Below are positions 48,801 to 58,428 of a stretch of 64,000 bases of DNA, piece by piece. The notes below the pieces were generated by a model. It saw only the letters and a program-made list of their open reading frames with translations, was not told the origin of the DNA and did not search any database. The stretch comes from Rhynchopus sp. YZ270_cl-10 (lineage: Eukaryota), in contig OZ037840.1 of assembly GCA_964035575.1 (NCBI GenBank), positions 1,364,001 to 1,428,000 on the forward strand, read 5' to 3'. The stretch's first letter is position 1. The number at the start of each line of letters is the position of its first letter. The translations under genes and the position numbers were made by a program.

Positions 48801-51090
48801 AGCGGTTACAATTCTTACGGAATTTTGCCATCTTACAGGAATGCGACTCCACCCGTCCAAGACGGTAGTTATGGGAATAGTGCAAGGAACTCTGAAACAC
48901 CGGGCTAAAAACCCTTATGTGGGAACCGTACTTTTGGACGGTTCTAAACTGAACACGGTTAGCTCACAGGTGTTTGTCGGGACCCCGGTAGGAACGCTGT
49001 ATAACTCTAACTGCAGGAGCAACAAGACACGTATGGAGTCCATTGTGCCAGCATGCGACAAACTATCCACTTCGCCCCTTCCACATGCGCACCGTGCGTC
49101 ACTCGCCAGTGTTGCGCTAGTGCCTAAAGCAGTCTACGGATGCCCCTACACCACTACCTCCGCCGCATCGACCAACTCCTTGTGCACCAGTCTCACAAAT
49201 GGTGTGTTCGGGAAGAAACACAAAACACGCAACCCCATTGCCGTTTTGTCGATTGCGAACAAAGGACATCTGCTCGACCCTGTTACCGTTATCAGATACT
49301 CCAGCTTGAGGAACTTGTTTGCCGGTGCGGTGAAACTCCCCTACCTAGTCCCGCGCCTTAACAGGATCCTCGAATTACGACAAAAAGAATCGAGAGTCCC
49401 TCTAGATACCGGACCCATTGGCCTTGCGATGGAGCGTGCGGGTGAGAGCTTCCGCTGGGGCACAGTACTAGCGGAGTCGCGCACCGCTGGGCATGACGAA
49501 TGCCTCTTATCACTAAATACGATGAAACGCAACCACGAACTACGTGTGCATGTACGGTGCAAACGTTGGGAAGAACTGGCCATTGCACGTCCCTCCTACG
49601 AAGGTATTGAAAATGGTATTGACACCAAAAGAACCAACGCGACCCGACTCGCAAAGGGAAACACCGACCTATCCAATGCGTTGACGGCAGTCATCTCAGG
49701 TGGTGTGTACAGGGCGAACCAGCGTCCGACGATCCTTGCACCCACCGCCAACGACAGTGACGCCTGCGACGATGAGTCCGACACCGGCGACGGTGCCACA
49801 GAAAGCTCGGAGGCTGACAGCAGCTCCGATTACGACTGCGACTCCTCGGACGACAAGGCCGTAGGTACTCTTGCTCACTCCAGCCACTGCCCCCACTGCG
49901 AGGCGCAGGAAGAAGACACCAACGAACACATTTTCTGGAGGTGCTCAGCTTTCAACGAGATCCGAAGCGACGCAAGGTTTAACGCGATTACCTCTGCTGA
50001 CCGTACATCATGGAAACCGTGCCTTGTGAACTGGGGTGTTGTCCCCCTCAACTGCAAAGTCGATGTGTCTGCGCTCCACACGCTAATGGGGAGCATCATC
50101 TTAGAGCGTTGGCGGCTTAATCGTGTTAAGTTTCTCAAGGAAGCTGCACGTCTCCCCTGGGACAAGGCCGCTGTCACACCAACGATCCCGATCACCTTTG
50201 ACTGGAGCAAATTACCTTCTACACCACCCTCCTCTTGGAAGTATGGCCTTGTGCGACATACTGCGTTCTTGGAATGGTTGAAGTCTTTGGAGTTTGTGGA
50301 CGACAACAAGAGCTCCATCAGCAACATTGAACTTGGTATCGACTTCGAGGTCTTCTCTGGCCTCCTCCTACAGCACGAGCGAGCACCTGATAACACGGGA
50401 TGGTCTGCACGAGAACGCGGAAAAGCTATGGGCATCTGGCTTCGTTGGTTCCGGAAGCACTGCACGAACCTCAAGATTACGTGCCCACTGCCCGGTAACA
50501 GTGTCAATACCGTGTACAGCCTACGTCCCATTGGTGCACCCCAGGTAGCGGGTGGGCACTCGCCGCGTGCCCGTCTTGGTGTCGATAGCATCGCTGTTAT
50601 CAGGTCACAGCTGTCACGGTCCGTCCGATGGCTTGCTGACGCGGTATGGGGAACTGCACCACTCGATGCCTACGGCCCTAGCATATCAGCTAGAGCATCT
50701 AGGTGGTCTTCACCTCCAACTTCCTCTGCTGACACATCGGAGGGTGACATGATCGACGACGTCCTCGCAACAGGAGATCGGCCTGCCGAGAATGACGTGC
50801 CGCCTGCTGAGGGTGACCCTGAGCCCAACCGTAGTTTAAAACTAAAGCGTTCTGTTTCTCCCCCCTCCCGTAAACAGAATCCATCAACACGTACTTCAAA
50901 AAGAAAACGCTCGTCTTCTCCCAGAGCATGCGACAAAACTGCCAAAAAACGGAAGAAATCCGCCATCAATGCCCCCCCCTCCGCTCCGCCACCCCCATCT
51001 GATGATGGCCCGGTGGGTAGTAGTATCAGCGACATCAGTGTGACATCTGCCACACAAGAGAGATCATCGCGCTCGTCTGCGGTGACATAA
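45847..51090 (+). CDS. Retrotransposon ORF2/Pol: OTU-like cysteine protease - AP endonuclease - reverse transcriptase - C-terminal CCHC Zn finger; open in frame directly after the ORF1 stop
   Basis: OTU: SGDCQFQSIS, WGDQLTL, IHLAYVGGMHY. APE: SINV, VGIQET, GDLN, RIDYV. RT: LIPK, RPITV, QRGFR, LDFQKCFDRV, GILQGCPIS, YADD (48748-48759). Zn finger: CPHC...EHIFWRC. No recognisable RNase H. Confidence 0.93.
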   Translation: MPGVGPGGGPTCGADKATIAAHLAPYNLRVVEAGNSGDCQFQSISVCLEGHNNLSSELREIAVNAICSQPEKYSPFIVDASVDEYVSDMSRKGSWGDQLTLQTLVDCSGCPAMVYSTDDSANVRVLKLSPATPTDLDPIHLAYVGGMHYCAVVSSSTSPIDMDALLDTTTILEASPPSVSLPKRDQFAAPRNARPRAGNTLTFASINVTALYPHLDSVLEMDVDVVGIQETSLTAAVQEEVDIGLTKGDWAPVWGAPVEGARSKHVKTGDITRGRNGGVAMLCRRPCVLRRCTTFDDVLDKFYRAGRLVHSFVATGDGKKGINVFTVYAKSGGAQEDFRYREELLQTLLLDLPRRLGNVPAIVLGDLNTDVSRSPALRKALSSTWVDGAALAAALLGEEPPPTYTGTINSTRIDYVLLNTWAAQALTASKTFRVPGVCKHSCVSVTLNFDAFQQKSLRYQLPRAIPPPASGSTTKIPMPCRKRFMDLVQQDDVDGAWREMCKLCETYLLSCSGSSDQRYRGRGIDRAPTKQPMCAKVSPDTGYGMCTLESRLDKVGSRLTHITRRLRHLNGLGTPYTVSVEDERCWNKCRRLLSGFTSSELCVNPSKELPNLDEAMRLCSLVSAYKTALRAKRCMAKRSSYRKSIADKFLRDYKGLTAWLSPKASTTTDAVTRPDGSLTANVEEMDAILTEAWDPILRMYNETDNPEPDFGPFMARFGDHVTKHPMELSDVTGDELRAVLMQKKKSSGACGIDGWRIDELQRLPVPLLQLFAELFNLIERTSCWPQGLLTALVTLIPKGDSGAPLDLRPITVTSAVYRLWACRRLKDIVRWQDGWLLPSQRGFRTGGSTDDVLLDITSAIEETLLNDELELYLVALDFQKCFDRVPQKLVLALAKSMGMHARILDPLTSMYSHLRRRFKLPNGVGQEFMVTNGILQGCPISAMLINALLAVVLSVILNEVSGTSSSSYADDVTIMSDTSETHIQEAVTILTEFCHLTGMRLHPSKTVVMGIVQGTLKHRAKNPYVGTVLLDGSKLNTVSSQVFVGTPVGTLYNSNCRSNKTRMESIVPACDKLSTSPLPHAHRASLASVALVPKAVYGCPYTTTSAASTNSLCTSLTNGVFGKKHKTRNPIAVLSIANKGHLLDPVTVIRYSSLRNLFAGAVKLPYLVPRLNRILELRQKESRVPLDTGPIGLAMERAGESFRWGTVLAESRTAGHDECLLSLNTMKRNHELRVHVRCKRWEELAIARPSYEGIENGIDTKRTNATRLAKGNTDLSNALTAVISGGVYRANQRPTILAPTANDSDACDDESDTGDGATESSEADSSSDYDCDSSDDKAVGTLAHSSHCPHCEAQEEDTNEHIFWRCSAFNEIRSDARFNAITSADRTSWKPCLVNWGVVPLNCKVDVSALHTLMGSIILERWRLNRVKFLKEAARLPWDKAAVTPTIPITFDWSKLPSTPPSSWKYGLVRHTAFLEWLKSLEFVDDNKSSISNIELGIDFEVFSGLLLQHERAPDNTGWSARERGKAMGIWLRWFRKHCTNLKITCPLPGNSVNTVYSLRPIGAPQVAGGHSPRARLGVDSIAVIRSQLSRSVRWLADAVWGTAPLDAYGPSISARASRWSSPPTSSADTSEGDMIDDVLATGDRPAENDVPPAEGDPEPNRSLKLKRSVSPPSRKQNPSTRTSKRKRSSSPRACDKTAKKRKKSAINAPPSAPPPPSDDGPVGSSISDISVTSATQERSSRSSAVT

Positions 51091-51468
51091 AAATGTTTAG
51101 TATAGTGGAGCACACTCTAGGGTGGCTACACTAATACAACCAAGTTTTCAAAAAAAAAAAAAAAAAAAAAAGGGTAAACAGGGTACCACGGGTAGAAGAG
51201 AAGAAAGGATAACAAGGTAAATACGAGTAGATGGGGGCTAGGTAAACAGGGTTACTAGCAGGTTAACAGAGTACTACGGGATGACAAGAAAACAGGTAAA
51301 AAGGGTGAGAACGGAAAGAGAGGATTGATGGGCATAACCAGGGACAAGATAAGAGTAACTACAGAGGGAGTGGGGAAAATCATGAAGTACAGAACGAGGT
51401 CACTGTGGAACTGGTGTGGATGCTGCAATGCAACACGATACTTATCAACACGAAGAGACACAAGTAAC

Positions 51469-52270
51469 TTTTATAAGACATGTGTGCATTTCTAGTGAAA
51501 TTTTTCAGTATCCACGAGTCGTTTTTTCCCTCCCGTGCTCCCCATCTCTCACACATACATTACATCTTCATCAGGAAAATTGTCAATTTTTCGTTCATTA
51601 TTGTGAACAGCGTTTGGTGTTTTTTCAAAAAAAAAAAAAAAAAAAAATGTGTGACTGAGTGTGGGGATGCGTTCAAGAATTAAACTCTTCCCCCGAAACC
51701 CCCTTTCATCTCTAGTTTTCTTTGTCCAAACGTCGAGTGGACGCGTAATTTTTTTTTTTTTTTTTTTTTCATTTTTATCGTTTCAGTGCTATCAATGTAT
51801 TGATTGCGCAGTATTATGTTGAAATACTAATTTTTAATTTGTCTCCGTCCCACCCACTACAGCCCACCCCATTCCTCCGAACATTGTTCGGTTGTCTTGA
51901 AAGTCGCCACAAACCGTCTTTTTTCTCCTTTTTTTTTTCTCCCTTTGCTACAAAAAAAAAAAAAAAACAAAGACGGGAGGTGTCGCTTTTGAGCGTCCTT
52001 TGTGTGCTTTCTATTCTTTGAATGGAAAGTACATGAAATTAGTTTTGTTACATTTAGCAAGATGTGTACAGATACGTTCATGTTTCAAAAACAATATATT
52101 TTTGCTTCATGACAGTCTTGGCAGATCTTACGAACTATTTGTCGTCCTTTCTTTTTTGTGCTTCCTTCTTTTGCTTTCATCCGGATGGCTGGCATCATAC
52201 GTGGGTCAGTCGGAGGTGCCTGCATCAACAACTACTATTTCCCCCTGCAAAACAACACAATCCGGGTGTT
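51469..52270 (+). repeat. Remainder of the disrupted 9th array unit: lacks the hAT MITE and is truncated at 52270 before the gene
   Basis: Matches unit sequence 3838-4037 joined to 4838-5439; diverges after TCCGGGTGTT. Confidence 0.92.
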
Positions 52271-52463
52271 GGACGGTGCCGGATTTTTTTGTCAATATTT
52301 TTTTTCTTACCCCAGAAAAGGTGGTGGGCCCCCCCAAAGAGGGGAAAAAATCAGAATTTCCCAATTCCAAATTAATTAATTCCCCCCCTTTTTTTTTTTC
52401 GTGGGTCGCGACCCAGGCACTTGGGTCAGCTTGACCCACTGACCCAGGCAAGCTAGGACTCTG

Positions 52464-53847
52464 GTTAAATAAAGTATACGAAGGATTTGGCACTTTTAGC
52501 GTGATTCTTTTTAATGATAATTTCACGCCGTGTTTTTTTCGCAAATAAAAACCACGCTAATTGAACTTTATTTCACGCTTTTTCACTTTTTTTCACTGCA
52601 ATTCCTTCAGAGCGTGATTTTATTTTTGTTTTTTTCACGCTAAAACAGGGGTTTTTTTTGGCGATAACTTCACGCTAAAATTTGGCACATCCTGCACCAC
52701 CACCCGCCTAAAAATTGAAAATTTCGAATTTTTTTTGCCCTTTTCCCATTTTTTTTTTGACACATGCAACATGCTGAAGGATGTAAGACGCAAACGGTCC
52801 TCCGACAGGAGATGGACAAGCACCACAGTGGTTTTGCTGAAGGACTGGCATTGTCGACACCGTACGTCCGTGAATGGGACCGCTGTTTAAGGAATTCATT
52901 GGCAAGCCTGACGGTAAGCCCACGGAAGCCGACTTCGTTTCGTACATAGTGTATCTCCGTGACGATCTCACGTACAAATTGTCGTCGTAATGGACAGCGT
53001 TCAGTAAGCTGAGCAGCATATTGGCGAGGAAGTATGGGGTGCAACTGCAAGACCAGTTTCCGAGGCTCGTGTGTCTCTTGAAGCAACACCAGACGGCTAC
53101 CGACACGACAGTCCAACGCACTCTGCACTCACGAAACAAGAAATCGACTCCTTCATTACCTATCAAGGCGAAGGACACACCACCCCCTTTACTTCATTGT
53201 GAGGAAGGTGGTGGCTGGCATGATATTTTGTGGTGGGCGGGGATCTTCTGAATGTCTCGCTCTTGCACGACAGCCATTTCCCGACCTCCCGCTAGAACCC
53301 GAGGTGTCGGGACACTGAGGGTGGCGAGAGGTCGGGATGTAGCTTTGTGTACCGTTGAGGCAGCTTTCCGAACCCGACCACACGCTACGCGCTATGCGTA
53401 CACGTGGTGTGGGCTACGTACTGTATGCGCTACATGCTATATGCCGTTGTTGTGTGTGTAAAAACGTGAGTTGTGTGGTGCATGGGGTCACACGTGCACC
53501 ACCCTGTGGCTCACATATGGTTCTGCCAAAAATGCGTATCCCACCCCACGTACCAGGGTATGGGCCCAGTTCACCAGTTTTTTGCAGGTTCCCAGCGAGC
53601 AAAAGCTAGCGGGAGGGTAGCAGGGCTGGAGGGACCCCCCAGTCTTTTTTAGCCTCCCTCCAGCCCCCTCAGGCCCGCCAGCCCCCCAGCCGGAGTCCCG
53701 CTAGCCTAGCTAGGGGTCCCGCGGGATTCCCGGTAGCGTTGGCGGGGGGGTAATGAGGGCTACCCGGAGGGACACATACTCGTTAGTTATTGCACAATAA
53801 ATGAGTCACGCTAAAAGTGCCAAATCCTTTCGTATACTTTATTTAAC
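52464..53847. mobile_element. Non-autonomous element with ~41-bp terminal inverted repeats (GTTAAATAAAGTATACGAAGGATTTGGCACTTTTAGCGTGA); family unassigned
   Basis: IR 52464-52504 versus 53806-53847 (one indel); TTAA near both termini; multiple TCACGC motifs internally; no convincing coding frame. Confidence 0.7.
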
Positions 53848-53863
53848 GTGAAATAAAATTACG

Positions 53864-54029
53864 TATTCAACGCCTTTTAGCGAATTTTTTTGCGATACTT
53901 CACTTATTTTTTTCCCAGGCTCGTGGATTCAATTTGCCTCGCTTCGCTCGGCAAATTAACTACCACTCGCCTGGGAAAAAAATGCGTGAAGTTATCGCAA
54001 AAAAAAACCACGCTAAAAGGCGTTGAATA
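53864..54029. repeat. ~166-bp imperfect palindrome with central GCCTCGCTTCGCTCGGC
   Basis: Outer arms TATTCAACGCCTTTTAGCG / CGCTAAAAGGCGTTGAATA; inner TTTTTTTCCCAGGC / GCCTGGGAAAAAAA and AATTTGCC / GGCAAATT. Confidence 0.85.
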
Positions 54030-54330
54030 AATACAGGCTTTTTTCTAAATCGGGTCCAAAATTTCTCAAAAACCGAAAATCAATAGTAAAAAAAGTGCGC
54101 AACATACCTGTGCATTTTCCCCCCAAAAAAGTGCGTTCCCCCCCTCTGAAAGTGCGTTTTGTCGCATTTCCGAGCCGATCCCGGCATGTGGTGGGGTCAT
54201 TTTGGAAAAATGGACATTTTTTTGAGTAGTTGAATTTTCTCACTTTTTCCACAGTCTCACAGTCCCTGCCATAGGGGGGTACCATTTTTTAACGGCCCTT
54301 AACGATTTTTTGGTGGGACGCACACACACA

Positions 54331-54413
54331 CACGGTGGCCCATACGCACCCTCAGGGTACTCCCCAAACCCGGGTACCCCGCGCGGACCCTATTTGGGGT
54401 ACCCCAAAGGGTC
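54331..54413. mobile_element. Orphan left end of a CACGGTGGCCCA-family element
   Basis: CACGGTGGCCCAT..ACCCT.AGGGTA plus GGGTACCCC motifs, as at 272; preceded by (CA)n; no matching right TIR found. Confidence 0.6.
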
Positions 54414-55495
54414 TGTTGCACCACAACCGAGTGTGAGCAATGACACAAGGGGGTATGACTAGTCACATGACCAGTTACATGACAAGACTAAATAATGACA
54501 AGGCCTAACGCCACTCATTATATACAGGGGTCTTGTCGTTAGTTTGTCTTGTCATGTAACTGGTCATGCACCTTGTCATGGCACATGTCACTTTACATGT
54601 GAAATGACATGTGAGTACATGGAAAAAAAAGTTACATGGAAGGCACATGTAAAAGCGCATGTCATGTCATTTTACTTCACCGTCGTGTATACTCCGGACA
54701 TGGATTCGCACACAGAACACACGGTTACCCAGACATCTATCAGGCAATCACTGATTCACTTCACACAGGTCGGGCAGGTGCTGCCTGCCCATCCTCTTTT
54801 TCCTGATATCGATTCCAGGTTCACAAGGGATACACAAAATCACACAAAGCGCAATCGCGCTTCTTCTGGCAACGTGTCGAGATCAGTTCGTCACACGGCC
54901 CTGAGCCCCTCTAAGTCAGTGATGGCCGCAGACGTGCATGCGTCCGGACGCTGCAGGTTTTCTCTTAGTGGCTAAGCCAGGGGACCTGAGGGTTCAACAC
55001 CGTTGGGACGCATTGAGAGGGCGGGAAAGTGTCGGGGACACTGTATAGGCGGTTCTCGCCAAGTCCGCTCTAAAATCCTTGTGTAGACGCAGTGGAATGG
55101 CAGTAAAGGCAAAGTGCCGTATCCACTAGTGGGCCTGCTGAAGGTGTCCTCATTGGTGATGGGAGAGGTTTGGCTGTATGCAAACACAATTACCCTACAC
55201 AATGCGCAGGTACCAAAGCCGAAAATACACTGCAGGCGTCTGCGTGTCATTTCTGAAAATGTGCAGACGTGCAGACGCAGACGTATGCACGTCTGCATCC
55301 ATCCCTGCTCTAAGCTGGGGGTGATTTCTACTTTGCCGCTTCACAGCTAATCTGTGAACACATTCACAGACCAGCTGTGAAGCGGCAAAGAGTCGTTCAA
55401 TCTAGGATGCACAAGATAGAACGTGATGTGGTGTACCTGTGTACCTGTGTACCTGAAAATGGCAAAGTACTATCAAAAAAGGGCACCCCCCCCCC

Positions 55496-56665
55496 TAGGG
55501 GGTCCGACTCAGCCGTTTTTGGCTGGGACCCAACGTACAAAAAACTCATTTTTAAACTTCTGGCCATCTCCAAGGCAATTGCGGGTGAAAACACCCTCAG
55601 AGTGGGTCACAGGGGGCCTGTGGGCCGAAAAACGACCCAGAAGCCACCCCAGAATACAAAAAAATGGAAAAAAATAGTGAAAAAACGGCTTTTTTCAGGT
55701 TTTGGCCATGTTGGGCAAAACAGCGATTTTTCAAGAAAAAAACCAAAAAACGGCATATTTTTTGACATCACAAAGCCTCCTTTGGCACAAATATACCCCA
55801 AAAGTGGCCTGTGAGTCCATTCCAACCTGTTTTGGATATATTTGACACTTTTGGAAGTGTTTTTTTGGTGTTTTCACGCTGAAAAACACCCCCAAAAAAT
55901 CCTTGGACGGTCCTTGGACAGCACTGCCACCATTGCTCCGACCACATTCTCGGCCATATTTTTGCTTAAAACCCCCGAAAAAGGGCCCCCGGAACCCCAA
56001 TCTTTCCAAATTTCCACCTCATCCCCACCCAAACACCGCAAACACACGATAGAAAATCGTCGTAGGCGGGTTCCATAATACCCTTTTTGAAAAAAGTGTG
56101 TTTTTTAAGACGATTTTCTATCGTGTGTTTGCGGTGTTTGGGTGGGGATGAGGTGGAAATTTGGAAAGATTGGGGTTCCGGGGGCCCTTTTTCGGGGGTT
56201 TTAAGCAAAAATATGGCCGAGAATGTGGTCGGAGCAATGGTGGCAGTGCTGTCCAAGGACCGTCCAAGGATTTTTTGGGGGTGTTTTTCAGCGTGAAAAC
56301 ACCAAAAAAACACTTCCAAAAGTGTCAAATATGTCCAAAACAGGTTGGAATGGACTCACAGGCCACTTTTGGGGTATATTTGTGCCAAAGGAGGCTTTGT
56401 GATGTCAAAAAATATGCCGTTTTTTGGTTTTTTTCTTGAAAAATCGCTGTTTTGCCCAACATGGCCAAAACCTGAAAAAAGCCGTTTTTTCACTATTTTT
56501 TTCCATTTTTTTGTATTCTGGGGTGGCTTCTGGGTCGTTTTTCGGCCCACAGGCCCCCTGTGACCCACTCTGAGGGTGTTTTTCACCCGCAGTTGCCTTG
56601 GAGATGACCAGAAGTTTAATAATGAGTTTTTTGTACGGTCATTTACTAGGGAGTCGGACCCCCTA
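55496..56665. mobile_element. Foldback element: ~530-bp near-perfect inverted arms (55534-56061 / 56109-56637), 47-bp spacer, 15-bp terminal IR TAGGGGGTCCGACTC
   Basis: Mirror-image ORFs in the ORF track; flanked on both sides by A plus a C-tract. Confidence 0.88.
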
Positions 56666-57121
56666 ACCCCCCCCCCCCCCCCGATATTGACAGGTCCCTG
56701 ACAGGTCCCTGACTGATTTTCAGTAGCACCAACTGTGTTATTTTTTTCTTCAAAAATGTTGTTTTTGGACAGTTTGAGGACATGACGACCACCATTTTTT
56801 TTCTCGGTCACTTTATCCCTAAGAAACCCACCTACCTTCTACCGAGTAAAAAAAGTGCGCTGGGTGGGACCTTAAAGCCGGGAAATAAAGTGCGCACATT
56901 TTATTTTTTCAAAACCCCAATATCAATACCTGATTTAGAAAAAAGCCTGCTTGTGAAAAAAAAAAATTTTTTTTTTTTTTTTTTTGGGTGTTGTTCAACT
57001 TAGCCCAGGCTTTTTTCTAAATCGGGTCCAAAATTTCCCAAAAACCGAAAATCAATAGTAAAAAAAGTGCGCAACATACCTGTGCATTTCCCCCAAAAAA
57101 AAGTGCGTTCCCCCCCCCCCT

Positions 57122-58164
57122 GTAGGGGGAGCAGTGAGACCCTTTTTTCTGTCACACCCCCCAAAAAATCAGGAAAAAGTGTAAAAAAAATATCCGAAAA
57201 CACAAAACCACCCCAGAAAACACATTTGTGGGACTATTTCTTACGTTTTGGTGCCTTTTTGGCACTTTTTGGCACTTTTTTTCTCGATTTTTCGACACTT
57301 TTTGTCGCGTTTTCACCCAAATTCCCCCTTTTCAGAGGGGATTTGATACAAGGCGATTTATCAAAAAATTCAAAATTTTGAAATAGCCCAAAACAAGAGG
57401 AAAAGTGGTTTTTTCCAGTCATATGTGTGCACGGAGTGATTTCCGTGGGGTTTTGGAGCCAAAAGTCCAGTTTTTTTCATGTCTTTGCTGAAAATTTTGA
57501 ATTTTTTTTATACACAAAAACCACATTTTAGCCGGGAGGAAGAAGTGTGACAGAAGTGTGACATCGGAGAGGTTTCGAGCCAGAGGTCACCAAAATGGGC
57601 AAAACCATCTGAAAACAATTTTTTCCACCCCCAGTGGGGTCCGGCAATCACTTTCGAGTGGTTTTGGGGACTTCTGTGAAGCTGTGGACAATTTTTTTGG
57701 GGTTTTTATGTGTGTAAACATGCTAAGAAGTGAGGGCAGTACTGCTTTTTTAAGTGTTTCAGACACTACAGAATACATCTGGGGCCCACACAGGACCCCT
57801 AAAAGCTGCAAAAACCATACATTTCCACCCTGGGACCCCACCGGATGTGGACCGAGGTGGTTTTCGGGTGCTTAGAAGGCCTAATGTCTCCTCAAATATT
57901 TTTTTTGAAAAGTGTTGAAAATTGACCCAATAGCGTTACGCGAGCGTTACGCATTTTTGGCCTTTTTTTCACAAAAAACCGATTTTTTTTAATCAGGAAA
58001 GTCTCTGTAGAGGTTGTCAGGTGGTTTAATGGGATATTTGGGTGATCCCCAGGGCGATTTGCGGCCAGGTACGACCTTTTTGGTGGATTTCTTCACCTAA
58101 ATTTCAAAAAAATGGGTTTGTGACAGTATTTGTACAGGGATTTAGACGCCACTGACCCCCCTAC
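57122..58164. mobile_element. Non-autonomous Mutator-like insertion, imperfect TIR GTAGGGGG(AG/GT)CAGTG, 9-bp TSD CCCCCCCCT
   Basis: Splits the left end of element B relative to the uninterrupted element A (54131-54155); TSD at 57113-57121 and 58165-58173. Confidence 0.75.
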
Positions 58165-58275
58165 CCCCCCCCTGAAAGTGCGTTTTGTCGCATTTCCGAG
58201 CCGATCCCGGCATGTGGTGGGGTCATTTTGGAAAAATGGACATTTTTTTGAGTAGTTGAATAATAATCCACAGTA

Positions 58276-58428
58276 CAGTATACACAGTTTTCACAGTATA
58301 CACAGTATACACAGTATACACAGTATACACAGTATACACAGTATACACAGTATACACAGTATACACAGTATACACAGTATACACAGTATACACAGTATAC
58401 ACAGTATACACAGTATACACAGTATACA
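58276..58428. repeat. 9-bp minisatellite (CAGTATACA)n, about 16-17 copies
   Basis: Tandem repeat inside element B; one variant copy (CAGTTTTCA). Confidence 0.95.

Larger units (their letters stand above)
43513..51468 (+). mobile_element. Apparently full-length non-LTR retrotransposon (APE-type LINE with OTU-like protease), 7956 bp, inserted in a T7 tract of the array unit
   Basis: The empty site TTAA-T7-ATAAGACAT in other units becomes TTAA-T8|GGGGATAT...CAAGTAAC|T4-ATAAGACAT. Two long intact ORFs; A22 at 51150-51171. Confidence 0.93.

Noticed and set aside
51172..51260. GGGTA-rich tract as a telomeric repeat
   Set aside because: Not a regular TTAGGG-type tandem repeat
52635..53609. ORFs of 60-156 aa inside the 41-bp TIR element as a transposase
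   Set aside because: No DDE or tyrosine-recombinase motifs recognisable
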